A stretch of 64,000 nt of DNA from Sminthopsis crassicaudata (Eukaryota), in the NCBI RefSeq assembly GCF_048593235.1, contig NC_133620.1, forward strand, positions 451,575,261 to 451,639,260, given 5' to 3'. Of the stretch, positions 44,495 to 55,250 are shown in pieces. The notes below the pieces were generated by a model. That model did no database searches and was not told the origin of the DNA. It worked only from the letters and a program-made list of their open reading frames with translations. Within the stretch, counting starts at the first letter, position 1, and every line of letters starts with the position of its first letter. The translations under genes were made by a program, and so were the position numbers.

Positions 44495-44961
44495 TGTAGT
44501 GAGCTGTCGTCTCCAGAAGCTGCTGGATCGCTCTCTGGGAAGAGATCTGCTGTGTCTTCTACTCAAATCTCTCCGACAGATTCTTCTTCCTGTAATGAAC
44601 CGTTGTCTCCAGGCAGTTGCTGTTAACTCTTGTCCAAAGAAGTGACTTCCCTTCCTGCAGAGAGCCCCGTCAAGCCTGATGCAATTCAGAGTCCTTCTCT
44701 TGAATCCTGGCTCTGAATCTCCTCCAGCTCTTATCCTTCTCCAGGCCGATCTGCCCTTTGCGCCCAATGCTGTCTCTTTTTATCCTCCCAGAGAATGGGC
44801 GTGGGATAATGCAAGGGCTTCTGGGAAGAACCACCCCAGCCAATGAGCTTGCCCCCTCTATCAAGTCAACCTGAGTTCTCACCTTGTAATTGTCCAGAAA
44901 ACCTGAATTCTCACCTTGTCACCATCCAGACAACCTGAGTTCTCACTTAGTAATCCTAACA
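44495..44961 (-). repeat. 3' LTR of the ERV (467 bp) with three 32-bp tandem U3 repeats
   Basis: Repeat unit aacctga(g/a)ttctcac at 44868, 44900 and 44932; CCAAT 44840-44844; TATA-like ATAAAAA on minus at 44777-44783. Confidence 0.88.
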
Positions 44962-45255
44962 TCTCCCCCTTTCTTTTGATTTAGAACATAGGACAGTCAT
45001 GACCTTGAAACATAAATCCATCAATATGGGAAGTATTACAGATAATTACATAAATTACATAAGCACATAGTAACATAGTAACGTAACACATGCTAGAAGT
45101 ATATAACATAATCATAAATTGAAAATTTATAAATGTCCATAAGTCCATTGTCCATTAGTCTCATCTTGTGTGAGGAAGTCCAATGATTCCTGCTGGTTTT
45201 TAAAGTTCTTTAACAGTCTTCTTATTATCCATGCTCTTTCAGTGTCAGATGTTTC

Positions 45256-46890
45256 TTAGATCTTCTCCTTTATTTTGAGGCCTTTCTCTTTTTCTGTCTC
45301 TCTCTGATGGACAAGGCGAATATGACTCGTTGGCACCCATCTGATTCCTTCTCCTGCTGAAGAAATACAAGCAAACCCTCTCCCCCAGGCAGTTAACCTA
45401 TCTGGTCCCTTCCATTCACCACTTTCTGGATCTCTCCACATCACCTGGCGATTATCTAAGGACAGTGGAGCTGCTCGCACTGGACACTGCCCTTCTGGTG
45501 GGTTATAAAACCTGTCTGCCGGAGCCAGTGCATCTTTGTCAAAAATTAGAAAATTAATGGTATAGAGAACTAAATTTAGAAGTTCCCTAGGGCTACCTGT
45601 GGCTCCCCCTTTCTTTTGTTTTTGGAGGAGTGTCTTAATATCTCTGTTTCTTCTCTCTACTATTGCCTGCCCTTGAGGATTAAAGGGTATGCCCGTGGTA
45701 TGTAAAATCTTATACTGTGCACAAAAGTGTGTAAAATGTTTGGACGTATATGCAGGTCCATTGTCTGTTTTTATTGCTTGTGGCACACCCATAATTGCAA
45801 AAGCCTGTATAAGGAATTCAGTGACCACTCGGGCTGTCTCTTTTGCTGCTGGCATTGCAAATGTGAATCCTGAAAAGGTGTCTACCACGACATGAATAAA
45901 AGATAGACGACCAAAAGATTTATAATGGGTCACATCCATTTGCCAGATTTCATTGGGTCTCAAACCACGAGGATTCTTCCCTGGAGGGAGTGTAGGAGCA
46001 TGGAAAGGAAGACAAGCTGTACAGCTTTTTACTATGCTCCTAGCTTCCTCTCTTGTGATTCCAAATTGTAAACGTAAAGCTCGAGCAGCCTGATGATATT
46101 TAGAATGAGATTCTTGTGCTTCCTGAAATAAAGGACTACTGGCTAACATGGTTAGAAGGCTATCTGCCTTTGAATTTCCATCAAAAATGGGACCTGGAAG
46201 TCCACTATGTGAGTGGACATGCAAGATATAAATCTTGCCTGGATGTTTTCTCACTTGCTCTTGAAGTTCCTTAAAGAGCTGATAAATATTGGAGGCTGCA
46301 AATTTTATTTGGGCTGTGGCAATTCTTTGTACTACACCTACTGAATAGGCTGAATCAGTAATTATATTTACGTCTCCTGGGTAATAAGTGAGAGCTAGCA
46401 TGATAGCAAATAATTCATTCTGTTGAGTGGATTGAAAAGGAGTCCTGATTACTCTCTTTATGGTTAAATCATGAGAGTATATGGCACAAATATTTTCTTT
46501 GGAGGCATCTGTAAAGATTGTTGGTCCTTTAAGAGGAACCTTAGAAACCTTTTCTTCAAAAATCCATCGCCAATTATGTAGTAGCCGGGTAATCTTTAAT
46601 GGAGATCCATGTGCAAAATTTGGAGCGGTGGCTAATAAAATTTGCCATTCTGGGATGGTCTCACAGCATACATTAATCTGTGCGTTAGTATAGAATGTGT
46701 ATATTTTTTCAGGACTTATCCCAGATAATTGTGTTACTCTCTTAATAGCCTTTAATAAAATCCTAGCCACAAGCACTGGGTAAGGTGTAAGGCTTTGTTC
46801 TGGTTGTGCTGGGAGGTTCACCCACTCAATCACTCTGTCTCCTTGGTGAAGGACTGCTGTGGGTGCCTCTTTTGTAGCAAGATTTGGCAC
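45256..46890 (-). CDS. pol: Retroviral Pol fragment: RT connection domain, RNase H and integrase (uninterrupted, 544 aa)
   Basis: RNase H: IFTDAS, QQNEL, ITDSAY, HSH...GNSKADSL. Integrase zinc finger H-x3-H...C-x2-C (HSKYH, CTAC), WQMDVTH, IKTDNG, IVERRN, C-terminal W-KGP motif. No stops or frameshifts. Expression not shown. Confidence 0.9.
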   Translation of the reverse strand: MPNLATKEAPTAVLHQGDRVIEWVNLPAQPEQSLTPYPVLVARILLKAIKRVTQLSGISPEKIYTFYTNAQINVCCETIPEWQILLATAPNFAHGSPLKITRLLHNWRWIFEEKVSKVPLKGPTIFTDASKENICAIYSHDLTIKRVIRTPFQSTQQNELFAIMLALTYYPGDVNIITDSAYSVGVVQRIATAQIKFAASNIYQLFKELQEQVRKHPGKIYILHVHSHSGLPGPIFDGNSKADSLLTMLASSPLFQEAQESHSKYHQAARALRLQFGITREEARSIVKSCTACLPFHAPTLPPGKNPRGLRPNEIWQMDVTHYKSFGRLSFIHVVVDTFSGFTFAMPAAKETARVVTEFLIQAFAIMGVPQAIKTDNGPAYTSKHFTHFCAQYKILHTTGIPFNPQGQAIVERRNRDIKTLLQKQKKGGATGSPRELLNLVLYTINFLIFDKDALAPADRFYNPPEGQCPVRAAPLSLDNRQVMWRDPESGEWKGPDRLTAWGRGFACISSAGEGIRWVPTSHIRLVHQRETEKEKGLKIKEKI

Positions 46891-47779
46891 AGATCTGGCA
46901 CAGAGTTGACATTCTCCAGTAAAGTGTAAAGACTACAAAATGAGTGAGTGGAAAAAAGCCATCCAAAAATAAAGTGAGTCTTGCTATATCCCTTGGAATC
47001 CCAGCAGATGGCAGCCACCTCCCTCCCACCCCCATCACAATTCTGGAATGCAGAAATCCAACACCTCAGAATCCACCTGCTTTGGGGGTAGGAAGGAGGC
47101 TGAAGACAAGAAGTGACTATTTCTTCCCATCATGGATTTACGCTCACCTTCATATACTTGGCCTCATTTGCAAAGTTTGTCCAGTAAGTAGAGAGTGAGT
47201 GCCCTTGGGGTCAATGGTATGTCTCCTGGATTTATTTCATCAACAATCATGGGCCCAGGCTGCAGCAGTTCACTATTAATACTGGGGAGAATTAGGATTT
47301 TTTTCCTTTCTTCATTTGGAGATTAGATCGAAGCTTAGTTCTCTAAAGGGCAGGGCTTGATGATTAAATCTTGGCATTATTACCTTACCCAACTAGAGAA
47401 CAATGAATTTAAGATGAATTCTGGCTGTGTTCTATTCAGGCTCAGGTGGGGATAGGTCCTTTTTCTAGATTCCCAGATTCTGGGAGTGATCAAAATCAAG
47501 TCCCCCAGCTCCTAGTTATAAAGAATCCATCTATCTCTAAAGTTCACTCTCATTTTTAATCAGTTGCAGTTCATTGCCACTTTCAGGAACTCCTATTCTT
47601 CAGAGGATATGTTGACTGGATTCCATGAAGTATCTCTGTCATCCTAAAGCACAACTGACCCCTTTTAATTATCTACAATGATTATTTACCCAGAAATATG
47701 TCTCTTGAACTTTTTTATGTCATAACATTAAGGCAAACCTATTAAAAGTTTTCATCTATAAGGATTTGTACCTCTAGCT

Positions 47780-47969
47780 CAAAGCTGCTTCACCTGTGGG
47801 TCATAACCCCATATGGAGTCATGTAATTAAGTGTGGGGGTTATGAAATTATTATTTATTTTTCAGTGCTAGATCTGTATACCTATTTTGCATATCTATAT
47901 ACCTAGGTGTCATGTAAAAATTTCTCAAGTGAAAAGGGATAACAAGTAGAAAAAGTTTAAAAAGCCCTG
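47780..47969 (-). mobile_element. Old hAT/Charlie-type MITE
   Basis: Degenerate TIRs (caaagctgcttcacc ... gtttaaaaagccctg); TSD-like ctctagct / ctatagcc. Confidence 0.65.
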
Positions 47970-48109
47970 CTATAGCCAAAGGACATGAAATCTAAGTTAA
48001 AGACCTTATAAGGTCAACAGGTGAGAGTCTCTGTCTTATAACAGTAAGTAAACCTAAGGAATGTGACTCTTGATTAAATGACCATTTAAAGACTGAGCAT
48101 GGAATTCTT

Positions 48110-48221
48110 TTTATTACTCCTGAGAAAAAGCATGTATTGGAATCTGTACGCCTCTATTAACGGATTATTATGTCAAAGCACCCAAATGAGGGGTATTTCC
48201 TATTTCCAAGAGAAGTTTATT
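48110..48221 (-). terminator. Candidate SDF2 poly(A) signals (AATAAA on minus at 48216-48221 and 48110-48115)
   Basis: tttatt on + strand 270-380 nt downstream of the SDF2 stop. Confidence 0.5.
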
Positions 48222-48487
48222 ATTTCTTCCACCTTCTTTTCTTCCAAATGGATGAAAAGTTCAGTCCCACCTTTAGCAATAACTCCCACATTTAGCAGGT
48301 GAAGCCAAGTCCAAGATAGGGATAGATGCATGTTGGCAAGGAGGGAGCTGCTGCTCTTAAGAACGTTGGAAATTCCCCACGGTGGATGCTCACCCCAGCG
48401 ATGATGAGGCCGCTACTGTTCCAATGAGGAAAGCAGTAGGTGTAACAACACTGTGTGTGGTGAGCGGAGAGGAGAGCCGAAGGGCTT

Positions 48488-51400
48488 TCATAGCTCAGCA
48501 TGATGGGCTTCAGTCCGAAGCAGCTCACTGGGCTTCATAAAGATGCCTTCCATAGCTCTCCAATAGTTGTTCTGGCTCTGCTGGGCCATGCCATGTACTT
48601 CTTTTTGGCCACTGATGGGCCGGCCATACTGCTCTCCCGTAACAGACAGCAGCACGTCAGTGGAAGCATGTTTGAACCGAACCTCATCGTCCCTCACCCA
48701 GTGTGACCCGCTACACAAGACTGTCCAGTCATCCAGATAGTCCCCTTCGCCCTCTTCCCCAAATGCACTCACTTCCTGGAAATGACAGAAAGTAGAAGAA
48801 TTAGTGTGAGCCCCAGGACAGATCTGACAAGTGGATAAGAGTAATAGGATGAATGATGAAGGAATGAAAAAGAAATTGGGGAACCTTCCACAGGAAGAAC
48901 TTAAGAATTGGGGCTGAAAGGGAGGAAACGTCATAAAATGAATCCCTTTCCCTGCCTCCTCCCTCAAAAAAAATCAAAAAATGACCCGTAGAGGAATATA
49001 AATGAGTTAATACAAGTCAATATTTGCTTAGCACCCACTGTTTACAAGGAGAGGAAAATGAAAAAGCACTTCATCCTTGCTCTTAAAGGTTTATAACTTG
49101 GTAAAGAAAGAAAGCAAACTGTAAAGAAATAGTTAAACGCTATAAAACAATTTAGTGTGAGATTAAATATGAGAATGGAGAAATTCATGAAATAGACCAC
49201 TTCCAGTTTGTTATTGGGGAAGAAAGCAGCAGTGGAACTGGGGCTTGAAAAAAAAGAAAAAAAATTTAATATCTAGAAATGGTGAGGGGGGTTTCATACA
49301 GTAACATAAGACATACTGGACAGATACAAGGAAAAGACAGGATGGGGGAAGGAAACAATGAGAAGTACATTTGGTTAGAGCATAGAATGGTTAAGAGTAT
49401 ACTGTGACTAAAGTCAAAATATTACCTTAAAGCCAAATTGCGGTTCAAGAGTTTGTAAACAGTGGGGAAACAGTGAAGGTTTGAGGAAGTGAAACAATTA
49501 GGTTTGTGCTTAGGAAGATACTTAGGCAGCATGTAAAGAATGGATAAAGAAATGGGAAAAACTGGTGGTAAAACTAGTTAGTTAATGGTTTTCTAAGTGC
49601 ATACCCACCTGTCAGGCAGGCACTGTGTACACTGAAGATACAAAAAGAAGCAAGAGAGCCTCTGCCCTCAAGAAGCTTACAATCTAATAGGAGAGGCAAC
49701 AAGCAAAGGACTATATATAAATAAGCTATGTATGAGATAAACTAGAAATAATGAAAAGGGAAGGCTCCAAAATTAAAAGGTGGGGTTTTAGTAGGTTCCT
49801 AAAGCAGGAAACAGGGGGAGATGAAGAGGGAGAACATTCCAGACACAGAGAAAATGCCTGAAGGCAAGACAACATCTTGTTCTTAGAACAGCTGGGAGGC
49901 CAGTAGTATTGGATGGAACCTTCCATGTTAGGGAGTAAGGAGTAAAAAGACTATAGAAAGGTTAGAGGAAGTTGAATTAGGCAGGGCTTGGAACAGAGCT
50001 TTTTGTATTTGATATTGGAAGCAACAGGAAGCCACTGGAATACATCCCAGTAGGATTATTCAAGCTAATACAACAGTTGTGGCAAGAAGTAACAAAAAGC
50101 CTGAACTCGGATGGTGGCAAGTAAAACTCAAATGATTTGTCTGGTAAACTGGCAGACATAAACAACCAAATTAAGATTAACATCTTTGCTAATTCATCCC
50201 CTAACAAGGTACTTATGTACTTGGTTCACACCTTTAAAGTTCATACCTCCTTTATCTTTTTTTTCCCCAGAGGCTGGAGTTAAGTGACTTGTCCAGGGTC
50301 ACACAGCTAGGAAGCGTTAAGTGTCTAAGACCAGATTTGAACTCGGGTCCTCCTGAATTCAAGGCTGGTGCTCTATCCACTGTGCCACCTAGCTGCCCCC
50401 TATACCTTCTTTATCTTTGACTGTCTTGTTATACTTTTATTTAATTCTTACATTGTTTGACTTTTCACCTCCCTTCCCTCACTGAGTCATTAGGAGTTCT
50501 TGCCCTTCTTCCTTTACTTTCATTCTTCCTCTAGTGCTTGGAACCACTGAAAACAATTCTAGTATTCCCCAGAACTGAAAGTTCTAAAGAATCCACATTC
50601 TCTAAAAGCCTAAGTGTTAGTTAACAAAACATCTTGTCTTTCTAATTTATTAGATCAAGGAGAAATCTCCCAATCCTCTTCTACTTAAGATGACCTCTGG
50701 TTTTCATACCATGAGCCCATCTCCTAAGGGAGTTAAACAAGTCTCCCTCTTGTCTAGAACAGGTTTTCTTTCACAGATAAATTTCTCCTAATGAGCAAAA
50801 AGGAGAACAAATGCCTCCTGATCCAACAGGTCTAACAACCCAGAACACAGATAATTATACTGCATAAAGCTCCTCCAGCCCCATACTTACCTGGTTGCCA
50901 GAGAGGGGGGAAGAGAAGTGGTGACTGTGGAGATTGCGCCCAGTATTGACATGAGTCAGCCTGATGGCCTGGCCACATCTCACTGGGGTTCCTCTCTCAC
51001 ACACTGTAGAGGTTTTGCCTCGGATCCGCCAGTAACTATTGCTGTCATCCACATCTGATATCCCTGTAACTGACTGCTGCCCACTGCCTGGAAAAAAACA
51101 AAACAAAACAAAAAAGCTGTTCTAGCTCACTCAACTACCAGAACTTCTTAAAACTTTTTTCCACTTTTGACTCTTTTCCACCCAAGGAATTTATATGGTA
51201 TTCAAAATGGTTTCCAAATCAAACATTTACCGATAAACATTCAGTTATGTGACTCCATATGGGGTGGAAACACAGTTTAAGAAGTTTGGAACTATTCCAA
51301 AGGGATCAAGCTCATTTTATACACAAGAAGCCCAAGCCAGGAAATCGAACTAGGCTGCCTCCCAGGTTTCATGGATAGTAAGTATCTAAGACCTAATTGG

Positions 51401-54158
51401 GAGACAGGAGTCTCCCAACTCTAGAGCCTAGTATTTTTTTCATAGTATCATGCTAATGTGATTAACAAGACCCCCCACAAAAGGCCACATCCCAGCTAGC
51501 AACACAGTGTCCAGGCAAACCATGGGAGGTGCCCAACAGAAGGCTTGGGTTGAATCTTAGTAGGTCTTAGTAGCAATGGGCCTAGATAAATTCTCACCAT
51601 TTGGAGGCAAGCAGGAAGAGGCATAGAAGGTCTGGTCCGTAAGGGGACCCTTTTGTTATCCTTAATTTTTTTGTAACTTTCTAGCACTGATAAAATTATG
51701 ACCCCACAGTTACTGTATCCAATCAGAAAAACAAGTTATGATGTCAACTCTCCCCAAGTTATTTTTCTCCAATAAAAAAAAAAAAACCTACTACAAGTAC
51801 CCTACTTCTTTCCCTCTTTTTAGCTTGCTTACTAAAGTTTCACAAAGACCAACTTAATGGTGTCTTCCCCCTTGCTAATGGGGGATGGGGGGGAGGAGGA
51901 GTAGTTCTTCTAGGGCACTTAGCTTAAATCTTTCAATTTTTCAATTTGTTAATCAACACAACTCCCTTTTGGAAATTAGCCCATTGACAGAACTTCAATG
52001 AAATTTGGAGGTCAAAATCTACAAATTCTTCTGAGACATCTCACAACCCTGGCCTATATATTTTGGGATCCAACTTCTGCCCCCAACATTTGATGGATCA
52101 TCCAGGGAAACTTCTGGAACCCAAATGTAATTATTGGGGTACTGATGCTGAGACTTTTATTAAGTATTTATTATGTGCTGGGGCTATACAGACAAAAATT
52201 AAACTAGTCCCTGCCTTTAAGGAGTTTACATTGTGGGGGAGAAATATACAAAGATAAGTAAACACAGTGGTTGGGGAGGACACTAATGAGTGGGGGGTTA
52301 GAGAAAGCCTTTCTCTATCCGTTTAAACAGACCCTGGAAGGAAGCTGGGGGTTCCCAGGAGCAGAGACTAGGAAAAAAGCCAGAAAGGAAGGGGAAGAGC
52401 CAGTTCCAAGGCTGGAAGTGGAATGTCATGGAGGAGGACTGTAAGTAAGCTGGACTTGCTAAAAAGAGGGCAGGAGTGGGAGTCAACTGAGCTCAGTCTG
52501 GAAAGATAGGCCAGGATCAGAGTGTTAATAAAACAATTTACAATGTATTAAGCATTTACCGCGTGCTAAGTACTCTGCTACATGCTGGGAATTCTTTTTT
52601 TGTCCCCCCTTCTGGAAAAGGACACGGAGATGCCATGACATGCAAGTGGATTGGACCTGAGTGAGGGAGCACTGGGCAGATGAGAGACCGGGTGGAGATG
52701 GCCCTGTATGCAGCGGGAGACCTGGCTCTGTTTAATCTAAGATCTTAGATGAGGCAACACCCAATCAGTGATTAAGGGGGGGGGGGGGGTAAGATAGAAA
52801 CGGCCTCTTTTACCTAGTTTAAAAAAAAAAATCAATGTGGGAGGGGAAGACCCTCAGGGTTTCTGGGTGAAACTGCAAGAATTATTACTATTTACATTCA
52901 CTCAGAAACAATCAGGGCCAAAATAAAGATCCAATGGGTTGGACTCCAGACCTTTAGTTGTCTGTGAATACAAAGAAAAACAAAGCCAAGACAAGGAATG
53001 TGTAATTTCCCCTAAAACAAAACTGGGAATCCCTGACGTTTTTTTGAGCTGGCTAACAGTACGGCCATACGGGTTCTTTAACGTTATTGTGATATGCTTA
53101 ATTCCTATCAAATGATTGGGTGAAAGAGGAGAAACCTGCAGGGAAGGAAGCCCCAGACCAGTGAGGAGTTAGGCTGGGACCAGTTCCGGGACACAAAGGC
53201 GCCGGGGCCTGGGAGAGAAAGTGGCGAGGGCTGCCTGGAGGGCCGGAGAGCGGGCTGGACTGAATGACTCCAGTCTTTTCCGGGTTTAAACTTAAGTGTA
53301 GTTAAGTATAGACCTTCAGGCTACAAGACTCTCCACAGAAAGCGGGAGGTTTGGGGCTGAGAGGAAGGGCCTTTTTTTTTTGATGCTGGGGTTAAGTGAC
53401 TTGCCCAGGGTCACACAGCTAGGAAGTGTTGTCTAAACTCGGGTCCTCCTGAATTCAGGGCTGGTGCTCTATTCACTGCGCCACCTAGCTGCCGAAGGGA
53501 CAACTTTGGATTGGGGGATGGGGTCGAGAGTTCTTCACTTAGACAGCATGGTGGAGGGGGGAGGACACATCGAACCTCTCCTTCCCCCGCAGGCCCCGCC
53601 AGCTCTCGCTTAGCTAAGTCCGTTCGGCCGTTCCTCCAGGGCGGTCTTCGGGGCCGAAGCCCAGACTCTCCCCAGACCTCCGGGAGTTGCCCCCTCCCCT
53701 TCCTTCTTTTCCAGTCCACTCCAGCTGGGCCAGAGTCCGAAAACTTTTCCGGCCCCTCTTCCAGACCCCTCCCTCAAGCTCCGCCCTCTCAAGATTCCTC
53801 GAAGCTCAGGACTCCTCCCCCCACGTGTTTTTCCGGTTGTGGAAGGGTTCTAGGTCCCTCCTCCTACTGACTCCTCAGACCTCGCCCAGGCGCCACCCCC
53901 GGGGTTCCCCCAATGCCAGGCCCCGCCTCCGGGGAGGGATTTTGTCCTTCTTTCCTTTTCCAGGCCCCGCCCCATGGGCTCACCGGACCCGTAGTGTACG
54001 TCATGCGAATGCAATCGGACGTTGTGGCGCGTGTTGAGGAGCTTCACTACAGAGCCGCAAGTGACGAGGGGCAGATCGGAAGCGCCAGCCAGGCCTAGAA
54101 ACCCCCCAAACAACAGCAGCGCCCCCGCCACGGTCCCGGCCCGGCCCCACTGCCCCAT
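48488..54158 (-). CDS. SDF2: Stromal cell-derived factor 2 (ER MIR-domain protein), 219 aa
   Basis: Exons 53984-54158, 50891-51087, 48488-48775 (660 nt, GT-AG). Signal peptide, VTCGSVVKLLNTRHNVRLHSHD, RLTHVNTGRNLHSH, C-terminal HAEL ER-retention motif. Confidence 0.97.
50260..50400 (-). mobile_element. Young WSINE1-like CORE-SINE in SDF2 intron 2
   Basis: Full SINE body; TSD atacctcctttatcttt (50243-50259) / ataccttctttatcttt (50402-50418), 16/17 identical. Confidence 0.9.
51139..51288 (+). mobile_element. Old hAT/Charlie-type MITE (same family as 47780-47969, opposite orientation)
   Basis: cagaacttcttaaaac ... agtttaagaagtttg; shares gactccatatgggg and actttttc(c/t)actt with the reverse complement of the 47.8-kb copy. 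Confidence 0.6.
51903..52140 (+). repeat. Copy A of an unidentified ~230-bp dispersed repeat
   Basis: Aligns by eye over its length with 57616-57843 (e.g. ctgcccccaacatttgatggatcat, aatgaaatttggagg). Confidence 0.85.
53372..53493 (-). mobile_element. WSINE1-like SINE with short internal deletion, SDF2 intron 1
   Basis: T-tail, SINE body; TSD gaagggcc (53364-53371) / gaagggac (53494-53501). Confidence 0.85.
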
Positions 54159-55250
54159 CGCCCCGACGGAAACACGGCTCCTCCCCGGAACCGGAAGCAG
54201 CGGGAGGAGCCAGGCACTGGAGGAAGTGGCGCCCCCAGGCCTCCTCTCTCTATGCTTCCTCCAGCTAGAGCGCCCGAAGGAAACGGCCAGACGCGCCAGA
54301 CTCCCGCTCCCGCCCCCACGCGGAGCCCGCCGGCGGTCTCTCTCTTGCCGCTGTCCTAGTGGCCCATCTGCGACTTCAGCCCCGGTGAACGCTCCGCCCT
54401 GCAGAGTGGCGAGGGAGCGGACCGCCTCCTCTCAGTGACAGCGCGCCGGAAGTGACCTCAGACGCCGCGGCGGCTGCGGGCGTCGGGGAGGGGGCACGTC
54501 GGTGTGTGGGGGGCCCCCGGACTCGCTTTCGGTGGCGCTGCCAAGCGGTGACTCCATTTTCCTCGGAGGCTCGGCGCTGCGGAGGGCTCGGTAAGGCCGG
54601 GCCCGGGGCTCGGAGGCTGCTCGGGCGGCCCGGGGTGCTGTGGGGCGGGCTGGGGTGGGGCGGGAGGGCCTGAGGGGCGCGGGACTCCGACCGCGGCGTC
54701 CCCGGGAACACTCACCTCTCAGGCCCGCCACTTGTTGAGTCCTTAGGGTTCCCCCTCCCCCAGAAGCTCGGGGAGGCGCCTCGGGGGCGGGGGCGGCGCC
54801 CGGGCCCGGTTCTCCCGCGGGGACGGGCGGCCCGGCCGATCCGAGCTTGGTGTGGCCGCCGCCTCCGAGCCCTTCTTCGCGCCGTCAGCCGGGCCCGTGG
54901 CCGCAGCCCCCGCTCCGACTTTCTCCGGGACTCGGCTCAAGTTACTCCCAGCGCCGGGCGGGGATCGCGGGGGTCGGGGTGGGGGGCTTTAAATGGCCGA
55001 GAAGGCTGGGCTCCGTCTCTCGGCCCTTACACCCCGGCGCGCCGCCTCCTGCGCGGTGGCCCGCATCATTTCAGCTCCTGCTGGGTGACAGGCTGAGGCT
55101 GCCAAAAAGGCCCCAGACCCCTAAATACTTAGTCCGTGCCCTCGAGAAGCTGCTGGTCTAACCCGGGCGACTGCGGGCCAGAAACGGCGTCCAGAGGAGA
55201 TGCTGGCCAGAGTGACCCTTCTTTCGGCACTTATTGTTTACTGTGTACTC
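53550..55250. promoter_or_regulatory. CpG-island bidirectional promoter shared by SDF2 and SUPT6H
   Basis: CpG-rich; ETS/GABP motifs ccggaaccggaag (54185-54197) and ccggaagt (54446-54453); YY1-like ccatttt (~54554-54560); genes head-to-head. Confidence 0.85.
54450..54590 (+). other. SUPT6H: Probable non-coding first exon of SUPT6H (start approximate)
   Basis: Strong donor G|gtaagg at 54590/54591 inside the CpG island, divergent from SDF2; TSS not determinable. Confidence 0.6.

Larger units (their letters stand above)
44495..46890 (-). mobile_element. 5'-truncated, env-less betaretrovirus-like (class II) ERV: partial pol + PPT + complete 3' LTR
   Basis: LTR 44495-44961 (minus strand tgttag...actaca). 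Polypurine tract aaagaaagggggaga at 44962-44976 abuts the LTR. pol ORF 45256-46890. No gag/pro/RT or 5' LTR recognisable upstream. Confidence 0.93.

Noticed and set aside
46890-46920. SDF2-integrase fusion by splicing into the ctgtgccag acceptor at the ERV junction
   Set aside because: The pol frame would need a phase-2 donor. SDF2 introns are phase 1 and phase 0, and both give short out-of-frame peptides.
53411-55161. Many short ORFs around the SDF2/SUPT6H promoter
   Set aside because: CpG-island artefacts; only the SDF2 exon 1 frame is homologous to a known protein.
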